A DNA stretch of 64,000 nucleotides from positions 1-64,000 of the IMG/VR virus record IMGVR_UViG_3300020037_003306. The stretch is one strand, 5' to 3'. Shown piece by piece: positions 57,483 through 64,000 of the stretch. Source of the stretch: a virus (Duplodnaviria > Caudoviricetes). A program made the translations under genes and the position numbers. Under the pieces are notes generated by a model. It was not told where the DNA came from and searched no databases. It saw only the letters and a list, made by a program, of their open reading frames with translations. Every line of letters starts with the position of its first letter. Position 1 is the stretch's first letter.

Positions 57483-57986
57483 ATGTTAGTAATAACTTGT
57501 AATCCAAATGTTACTCCTCTTGTTAAAGTGTATGATGCAATGTTTCTTTATTATAGAGATACTATTGTTTCTTATGCTTTGAAGCAATGGAAAGAAGAGG
57601 ATATTAAAGGTGAAAGTTGTTTACAGCTTCATCAATTAAAACATTTTCTCGCTTTTGCTTATGTTCTTCTTTTATCTGTTGAAGAACAAGAAGGTTTATT
57701 AACAGATAACGCTTTGATTGAGAAATATGATATTGAGCATATTAAAAAATGTTTTGCTTGTTCTGAAATAAGTATTGAGAAACTTTTTGAAATAGCTGAG
57801 ATTAATTTAGTAGCTAGTACTAATTGTCCTGGTATCAATACTCATGGAGTTGAACATAATTGGGGAATTGGACAAATGCTTTGTTTGGAAAATCCTGAAG
57901 TCCCTACACTTCCCGCTTATACTATAATTCAAAATCTTCTTGCGGAAAATAATGTAAAAACTATTCTTGTACCTGCTAATTGTTAA
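57483..57986 (+). CDS. Tail hub-associated protein
   Basis: HIKKCFACSEI motif; directly follows the Cys-rich hub gene. Confidence 0.55.
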   Translation: MLVITCNPNVTPLVKVYDAMFLYYRDTIVSYALKQWKEEDIKGESCLQLHQLKHFLAFAYVLLLSVEEQEGLLTDNALIEKYDIEHIKKCFACSEISIEKLFEIAEINLVASTNCPGINTHGVEHNWGIGQMLCLENPEVPTLPAYTIIQNLLAENNVKTILVPANC

Positions 57987-57992
57987 AATAAT

Positions 57993-59090
57993 ATGCCACT
58001 TAATGCTGAATATAAAGAGTTCTTCGTTCGCCAAAATACAGTTGTTACAGGCGGAGTGCCAGACCAAGAAGCATCTTTTCCTACTAAAGAACTTGTCCTC
58101 AAACCTGATGGTACAACTTCATTAGAGTATAATCGTTTTCTTAAAGGTCATTTTCCTAGTGAAAAAGTTTATAAAAAATTTATGAACTCTATTACTTTTA
58201 AATTGAATCATGAAGATACTGCTTCTCGTGATGTACAAGGACTTGTAAGAATTGCAATTGGAAAGAATATTGTCGATGGTGTCGATTTTGATAGAGATAT
58301 TATCAATGGATTTAATCGTGATTTTACTACTGTTGTTGTACCTAGTACATTACCAATTGTAAGTGCTGGGGCTAATGTTACGGTTACAGCTCGTATTCGC
58401 AAAGTAAGTGATGATAGTATTGTTCTTACAATTCTCGCTGGAGATAGAGAATTGTATTATCTTGATTACGAAGTTGCTGCAAATTCCGGTAGTAATCTAG
58501 TTGAACCTTTCAGAATTAAATTAGTAAAAGGTGATACCCTTGCTGTTGATGCTAATGATGCAAGTATGTTAGTTATTGGTTCGCATCTTATTCCAGCTAA
58601 TACGCTTGTGGATGAAAATGATAGTCTTGCGTATGAACTTATTTGGAGCAATTCAAGTGCTGTTGTAAACAGTAAACAACTTGTAGTGTATTTAGGTAAT
58701 AGTAATAATATTACAAATTGTGAGAAAATTATTGATTATAATGTACAAGCTGCTGAATTAGACGCTTCTCAGCATATTATTAGTGTAGATTTATCTATTA
58801 CTAAAAATACTAATCTCGGGTGTTTTCTTATCGCTAAGTTTAGAGCTTATTTAGATAATCTAATCGGGTTTGTAACTGATGGTATTAATTCGTTTCAAGC
58901 TGGTTTTATTCATAGTAAAATTGCTGAACCTAGAGCTGATACCGCTCAATTAGTTATGGCTAATCTAGCTGCTAGTACAAAATTAGATTGGACATTACCT
59001 GTTTATGTTCACTTTAGATATAAAGCTGTTGCTATAAATGAAGGGGCAGCTAGATTTAATATAATTGGAAAAGCACTTATCATTCAATAA
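57993..59090 (+). CDS. Tail fibre/spike-like structural protein
   Basis: QGLVRIA fibre-type motif, beta-rich C-terminus, tail module context. Confidence 0.5.
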   Translation: MPLNAEYKEFFVRQNTVVTGGVPDQEASFPTKELVLKPDGTTSLEYNRFLKGHFPSEKVYKKFMNSITFKLNHEDTASRDVQGLVRIAIGKNIVDGVDFDRDIINGFNRDFTTVVVPSTLPIVSAGANVTVTARIRKVSDDSIVLTILAGDRELYYLDYEVAANSGSNLVEPFRIKLVKGDTLAVDANDASMLVIGSHLIPANTLVDENDSLAYELIWSNSSAVVNSKQLVVYLGNSNNITNCEKIIDYNVQAAELDASQHIISVDLSITKNTNLGCFLIAKFRAYLDNLIGFVTDGINSFQAGFIHSKIAEPRADTAQLVMANLAASTKLDWTLPVYVHFRYKAVAINEGAARFNIIGKALIIQ

Positions 59091-59102
59091 ACTTATATAA
59101 AA

Positions 59103-59792
59103 ATGTCTGAATTAAATACTGCACTTGTTACTGGGCTATCAGCTCTCGTTATTGCTATCATTGGATTTGTAATAGCTGTTATTAGAAATGAAGGATTAAA
59201 AATTACTATTGTTCAACGTCTTATAATGGGAATTAGAGATAAGAATATTGTTAGTATTTCAGACCTTCATCGTCATGATATTCTTCTTAAAATTAAAGGT
59301 ATTCTCTCAAGCGGAGAACATGAATGTACTAATGTTATTACACAACAAGAAAAGAAATATCTTTTTAAAAGGTATCTTGAAATTATTTGTACTGTATATC
59401 AAGAAAGTATTGAAGCTATGCTTAGTAAAGAATTTGCTTCTTTTGAAGAATCTGATTTGAAAATACTCATTGTCGAACAAACAGGTTGGCGTAGAAAAGA
59501 AATATCTAAAAGACTTGAAGCACTGCTATTAACTATTAATCATGATAGAAATAAAGCTGTCAATATAGTTGATAAATTAGAACAATGGCGTACTCAAGAA
59601 TGTAAGATGATTTACAATAATGTTCTTAATACAATTTCAAGTGGACGTTTTATTTCTGTTGAGTATAAACTTGATATTGTACTTTATCAATACGCTCTTG
59701 GTTTAGATTTTATTCTAAATAATGGTGCAAATTCTTTTGAAAAACTTAATGGTGAATTAAGTGATTTTTTGAATAATAATAAAACTGTATAG
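59103..59792 (+). CDS. Membrane protein with a single N-terminal TM helix (holin-like candidate)
   Basis: ALVTGLSALVIAIIGFVIAVI followed by a soluble helical domain. Confidence 0.5.
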   Translation: MSELNTALVTGLSALVIAIIGFVIAVIRNEGLKITIVQRLIMGIRDKNIVSISDLHRHDILLKIKGILSSGEHECTNVITQQEKKYLFKRYLEIICTVYQESIEAMLSKEFASFEESDLKILIVEQTGWRRKEISKRLEALLLTINHDRNKAVNIVDKLEQWRTQECKMIYNNVLNTISSGRFISVEYKLDIVLYQYALGLDFILNNGANSFEKLNGELSDFLNNNKTV

Positions 59793-59794
59793 TT

Positions 59795-61879
59795 ATGACA
59801 ACTGAAGAAAAACTATTGCAAGAAATTGCAAAAAGACTTGATAAAATAGAAAAAGCTATATCTACAGGTGGAGGAGGATTACCTGTTGGAGCTGCTACTG
59901 AGACTACACTTTCTTCCATTAATACTAAAGTTGCTACTGAAACTACATTACAATCAGTAGCAACGGCTCTTAGTGCTTTGAAAGATGGTGAATTTAGAGT
60001 ATTATCAGACCCTAATGATAATGATAGACTTGTAGGTTTAACTGCAGATATGACAAATCCCGCTGCACCTGTTTATGTTTATCGTTATCTTGATAATAAT
60101 ACTCCTTATACTGGTAATATTAATGATTTAGAAGCAGGTACTGTAGGTTCTACTAATGCACTTACACTTTACAGACCTCCTGTTTATTATCTTGCAATGG
60201 ATGGTATTTTACCTAATTCGCCAACGGTTGATACAAATATTACTGTTGGGTACAACAATGGGTTAAATGGTGTTAGTGTATCTGATGATGGAGGCGCAGT
60301 AGCGAGTTTAGGTACTCTTGCTGATTTTGCTGCATTAATTACTGGCTTAAATAGTTTTCAAACAGCATTTGAATTTTTTGAATTAACTCCTACTCAAATT
60401 GCTAAAACAGGCAAAACTGTAAGTCTAATTGGTATTAGAAGTAGAGATAATTTAATTCCAAATCAATGGGCTGATATTATGGGGCTATCTGTTGATGGTA
60501 TTGGTCTAGCTCCAACACTTTACAGACTATCTGATGAAACAACTACGGCAGATGTTATTCTTGATAGAACTGAAACAATTAAAGAAGCAAGTTTAGCTTC
60601 TACTGGAAGATTAGCTGCACTTGTTGGTTTAGTAACTGCTATTTATACTTTCCTTAATATTACACTAACTGGTTGGTTTAGACCTACGAAAGCTATCATT
60701 GATGGTGCTGGTAGATGGAGAGTAAGTGAACCTGCGACTATTTTTAACAGTAAACTAATTGTTGATGCTGCACCTTTAATATGGGATGACCAATTAGTTA
60801 GTGGTAGCGGTGGGAGTAGTACTCATTTTCCTAATAAAGCTTGTGTTACTTTATCCGTCGGTGCAGCAGCTTGTTCTCGTATTCGTCAAACATTTATGCA
60901 CTTTAATTATCAAAGTGCTAAAAGTCAACTTATTGAAATTACTGGTAAACTATCTACAACAGGAGGTTCTGCTGACATTGAAACAGGTTTTGGATATGGT
61001 AATGAAAAGAATGGTATCTTTGTTAAGCACGTTAATGGTATTACATATTTAGGTTTGCGTACTTTTGTGAGCGGTGTAGCTGTTGAAACTTGGGAAAATT
61101 CTGCAAATTGGAATGAGTTTGCTGGAATAAATATCACTCCTGGATATTTGCAAGTACTTGTTATTGATTTCCAATGGTTAGGCGCAGGTGATGTTAGAGT
61201 TGGTTTTAAAATTGATGATAAGATTGTATATGTACACACTTTTAAAAATACCAATATTAGAGATACTGTATTTATGAGTACGCCAAATCTTCCAATAAGA
61301 TATTGGATTACTAAAACAGCAGGTGTTGCAGTCGATTCTATTGATTGTGTTTGTGCTGCTGTTATTCAAGAAGGTGGTACAGAAGATATTGGAATACTAC
61401 GTTATAGTGAAGCGAATACAACTCCAATTACTTGTGCAGTTGTTGGAACAACTTATATTTTAAAAGCATTTAAACTTAAAACTACTCATTTTAGTATGAG
61501 TGTTAAAATCGTTAATATAAGTATTACTTGTAACAGTAATGATAATTATGAATGGGAACTTGTTCGAGGAGGTACTGTAACAAATGTTGGAGCGGCTGCT
61601 CCTCTTAATTTTATTGGAGAAACTAATGGAGCTATTGAAGTTGCACAAGGTGCAACAGGTGGAGGTGCTGGTAATCATACATTAGCAGGCGATACAAAGT
61701 TAGCAGGCGGAGTTGTTAAAGCATCTGCATCTAGCGGAGATGTTACTTTAGGTATTCCTAATAGTCTATTACTCGGTTCTAATATTGCAGGTACTCCTGA
61801 TGTTTTTTATCTTTGTGTACGTCCACTTACAGCAACTGCTGATTTTCATTGTAGTTTAACACGTAGAGAAATTTTTTAA
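59795..61879 (+). CDS. Fibre-like or structural protein (694 aa)
   Basis: ATETTL repeats, then a beta-rich domain (GRWRVSEP..RQT..FNYQSAKSQL..DFQWLGAGDVRVG) resembling aquatic-phage structural proteins. Confidence 0.6.
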   Translation: MTTEEKLLQEIAKRLDKIEKAISTGGGGLPVGAATETTLSSINTKVATETTLQSVATALSALKDGEFRVLSDPNDNDRLVGLTADMTNPAAPVYVYRYLDNNTPYTGNINDLEAGTVGSTNALTLYRPPVYYLAMDGILPNSPTVDTNITVGYNNGLNGVSVSDDGGAVASLGTLADFAALITGLNSFQTAFEFFELTPTQIAKTGKTVSLIGIRSRDNLIPNQWADIMGLSVDGIGLAPTLYRLSDETTTADVILDRTETIKEASLASTGRLAALVGLVTAIYTFLNITLTGWFRPTKAIIDGAGRWRVSEPATIFNSKLIVDAAPLIWDDQLVSGSGGSSTHFPNKACVTLSVGAAACSRIRQTFMHFNYQSAKSQLIEITGKLSTTGGSADIETGFGYGNEKNGIFVKHVNGITYLGLRTFVSGVAVETWENSANWNEFAGINITPGYLQVLVIDFQWLGAGDVRVGFKIDDKIVYVHTFKNTNIRDTVFMSTPNLPIRYWITKTAGVAVDSIDCVCAAVIQEGGTEDIGILRYSEANTTPITCAVVGTTYILKAFKLKTTHFSMSVKIVNISITCNSNDNYEWELVRGGTVTNVGAAAPLNFIGETNGAIEVAQGATGGGAGNHTLAGDTKLAGGVVKASASSGDVTLGIPNSLLLGSNIAGTPDVFYLCVRPLTATADFHCSLTRREIF

Positions 61880-61880
61880 T

Positions 61881-62513
61881 ATGGCAACCCTTAATCAAAT
61901 TGCTACTGCTTATGGTGATAGTGTTAATCAACACTTTAATATTATTCTTCTTGAAAGAATAAAATTTCACATTAGACATTTAAGAGCAAAATTTATTCGA
62001 CAAGATTTTGAAAAGAACGGAATTAGTCGTAATGTTATAGCGTCTTACGTTGATAAGTTAATCTCTGTTGATAGACTTGATAGTTGTCTAATTGAATTAG
62101 GTTGTACTGTTCTCCGTACTGAAAAAAAAGTTCCTAAAACTGTTCAGCTTAAAGGTGCTACATTTCAGTACGTAGGTGGTCTTGATTATATGGATAATGG
62201 TTGGGGAGAGATTGATACATCTCAAATCGCTACTATTCAATATAGTCATTGGACTGCTAACTGTACAAGGTACTACTATTTAGATGATTATATTTATGTC
62301 ATTACAAAAGGTAAATTTAAATTTATTAGAATTGAAGCTGTGTATGAAGACCCTGAAGCTGTTGCTGCTGTGTGTAATTCTGCAGATTGTCTAACTGATG
62401 ATGATGAATTTCCTATTAGTGCTCACATGATTGATTTAATTTACGATAGACTCCGAGCCATTGGAATACTTGGCAATTCTACTGACGATAAAGAAATTGG
62501 AAATGATGATTGA
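61881..62513 (+). CDS. Tail ring protein
   Basis: FIRIEAVYEDPEAV..DDDEFPISAHMIDLI pattern of crAss ring proteins. Confidence 0.7.
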   Translation: MATLNQIATAYGDSVNQHFNIILLERIKFHIRHLRAKFIRQDFEKNGISRNVIASYVDKLISVDRLDSCLIELGCTVLRTEKKVPKTVQLKGATFQYVGGLDYMDNGWGEIDTSQIATIQYSHWTANCTRYYYLDDYIYVITKGKFKFIRIEAVYEDPEAVAAVCNSADCLTDDDEFPISAHMIDLIYDRLRAIGILGNSTDDKEIGNDD

Positions 62514-63306
62514 CACTAAAGAAATGTTTAAGTGTTACGTTGCAGGTTTGAAAAATAACATTGTAAATAGTAAACAAACAATTGAAAATTGCGAATTGAA
62601 TGTTAAAAACTCTACTAAGAAATTAGTAGAGTTAAAACATTTTATTGAAAAGGAACTAGAAATTAGTTTCGATGTTATTTTAAGTAATACTTCAAAGATT
62701 GCTTTAAGTAATACTTTAAAATCTAAGAAACGTGCAATGCGTTTTGCTTTTAACCAAAAGGTTGATTATGTTAAACTACATAGTAACATTATTGCTGAAA
62801 ATAATTATATTATTAAACAATTAAAAGAAAGTGCTGCTGATAGTAAAAAAAGTGTGATTAAGTTTAAACTTTATAAATTTATTGTTAACCTTTTTAATGA
62901 ATCAATTTGTGATTATATTATTAAAGAAGGTTATACTTTACGAATGGGACATAATCTTGGTAATATTTATATTGCTAGAAAACTTCGTTCCCAACAACGT
63001 CCTATTGATTGGGGCGCATCTAATAAAATTAAAGCGTCAATTATAGCTGACGGAAAAGTTCCTTATAATAAAGAAACTGCTCCCGAAGGTGAGAAATATA
63101 TTGTTTACCATGATAGTAAATACGCTAATTATTGGTTTTGGACTAAATTTGCGTGTGCTGTTAAAAATCGAGATTTCTTTTCTTTTAATCCTACAAAAGG
63201 AGATTTCGGTAATGTTAAAAAATTGCATAAATATGCTAATAATAATCCTTCCGTTAATGTTAAATATAAATTGAAACATCATGTCAAAATATCAAATGAT
63301 TTCTAG
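62503..63306 (+). CDS. Conserved crAss-like tail-module protein with an HU-like segment (start ~62503)
   Basis: ICDYIIKEG..RMGHNLGNIYI..IDWGAS..YWFWTK..FSFNPT. Confidence 0.65.
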   Translation: MMIDTKEMFKCYVAGLKNNIVNSKQTIENCELNVKNSTKKLVELKHFIEKELEISFDVILSNTSKIALSNTLKSKKRAMRFAFNQKVDYVKLHSNIIAENNYIIKQLKESAADSKKSVIKFKLYKFIVNLFNESICDYIIKEGYTLRMGHNLGNIYIARKLRSQQRPIDWGASNKIKASIIADGKVPYNKETAPEGEKYIVYHDSKYANYWFWTKFACAVKNRDFFSFNPTKGDFGNVKKLHKYANNNPSVNVKYKLKHHVKISNDF

Positions 63307-64000
63307 TGGATTTATTGTTGCTAAAATTAATAGAGACCTTAAACCTGTTTATAAAGGCTGGCAAGTAGATGTTATTGATTGGATTGGAGAAGCTCTCGCT
63401 ATGATGAAGATTGGTATTGCTTTAGAGAAAACTAATTGTAAAGCACAAGTTAATAATTTTAAGATTAAAATACCATGTCCTGTTGAAGCCTTGTTTGGTA
63501 TTACTTTTGAAGGCTGTCCTCTTACTTGGATTAATGGTCATATACTGCCTGGAAAAGTTAGAGAACTTGTCGGCGCTTCTAAAATTACTTCTATTCATCA
63601 TTATCAAATTAATGCTAACTTTATTCATTTCTCTTTTGAGAAAGGTGAAGTTGAATTATTTTATAATAAACTTCCAACCGATGAAAGAGGTTTTCCTACA
63701 ATTCCTAAAGAGCAGTATGTTATTGAAGCTATTACATGGTATTGTTATCGTCAACTTCTACTTGGTGGTATGCCCCATCCTGTTATCAATTTTCAAATGG
63801 CTGATATGAAATGGGAAGAGTATTCTGCTCGTGGTACAAATCGTATGAAACAAATGACTGTTCAAGAGAGAGAAGCTTTTGCTAAAAATTGGATTTCTAT
63901 TATACCTTCTCTTGATAGAGGTGATGATTTCTACACTGACGTTTATAAAATGATTGATGTTCCTCAAAACGGTAATATCAATGAATTTCTTGGAACTACA
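63281..64000 (+). CDS. Tail ring protein, 3'-truncated (absent from the ORF track)
   Basis: Translated by hand and open to the window end: MSKYQMISSGFIVAKINRDL..DVIDWIGEAL..FSFEKGEVELFYNKLPTDERGFPTIP..EAITWY. Confidence 0.8.
   Translation, partial: MSKYQMISSGFIVAKINRDLKPVYKGWQVDVIDWIGEALAMMKIGIALEKTNCKAQVNNFKIKIPCPVEALFGITFEGCPLTWINGHILPGKVRELVGASKITSIHHYQINANFIHFSFEKGEVELFYNKLPTDERGFPTIPKEQYVIEAITWYCYRQLLLGGMPHPVINFQMADMKWEEYSARGTNRMKQMTVQEREAFAKNWISIIPSLDRGDDFYTDVYKMIDVPQNGNINEFLGTT

Noticed and set aside
38-63967. Many 60-180-aa ORFs overlapping or antisense to the long genes (e.g. 50840-51298, 51299-51847, 11692-12090, 24898-25365)
   Set aside because: They are shadow frames of well-supported genes, with I/F/S/N- or L/M/K-biased composition and no motifs.
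1-64000. Stop-codon reassignment (TAG or TGA), known in some crAss-like phages
   Set aside because: All core genes are full length in the standard code, TAG and TGA terminate several well-bounded genes (e.g. 26401, 38508, 59792, 62513), and I found no suppressor tRNA.
55585-64000. Diversity-generating retroelement acting on fibre genes
   Set aside because: No reverse transcriptase and no template/variable repeat pair differing at adenines is visible in this window.

Overview
This window is a 64-kb, AT-rich segment of a lytic crAss-like (Crassvirales-type) Bacteroidota phage genome. It is read in the standard genetic code and falls into three blocks. (1) 1-7.6 kb, + strand: the 3' part of a giant virion protein (probably the C-terminal region of the virion RNA polymerase) and a 1703-aa ejection/cargo-type protein with HExxH and PD-(D/E)xK motifs, ending at a bidirectional terminator. 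(2) 8-37.2 kb, - strand: replication and recombination genes (MazG-like NTP pyrophosphohydrolase, ATP-dependent ligase, primase, SSB, RecT-like annealase, DnaB-like helicase, SF2 helicase, family A DNA polymerase, Dda-like helicase, membrane-anchored lysozyme-like protein). Upstream of these is a dense early/accessory region of small unknown genes. (3) 38-64 kb, + strand: late genes (HU/IHF-like, amidase, PD-(D/E)xK nuclease, terminase, portal, scaffold, major capsid, ring/hub/fibre proteins). I found no tRNA, CRISPR array, integrase, reverse transcriptase or intron. The most unusual signals are non-coding and cluster at the divergence point (34.1-39.0 kb): two mirror-image ~197-nt tracts almost lacking G on the outward-reading strand, a ~190-nt imperfect hairpin, a perfect 24-bp inverted repeat, three copies of a 20-bp promoter-like motif, and a repeat-containing candidate small RNA. 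All protein family calls are from motif recognition only; no database searches were run.
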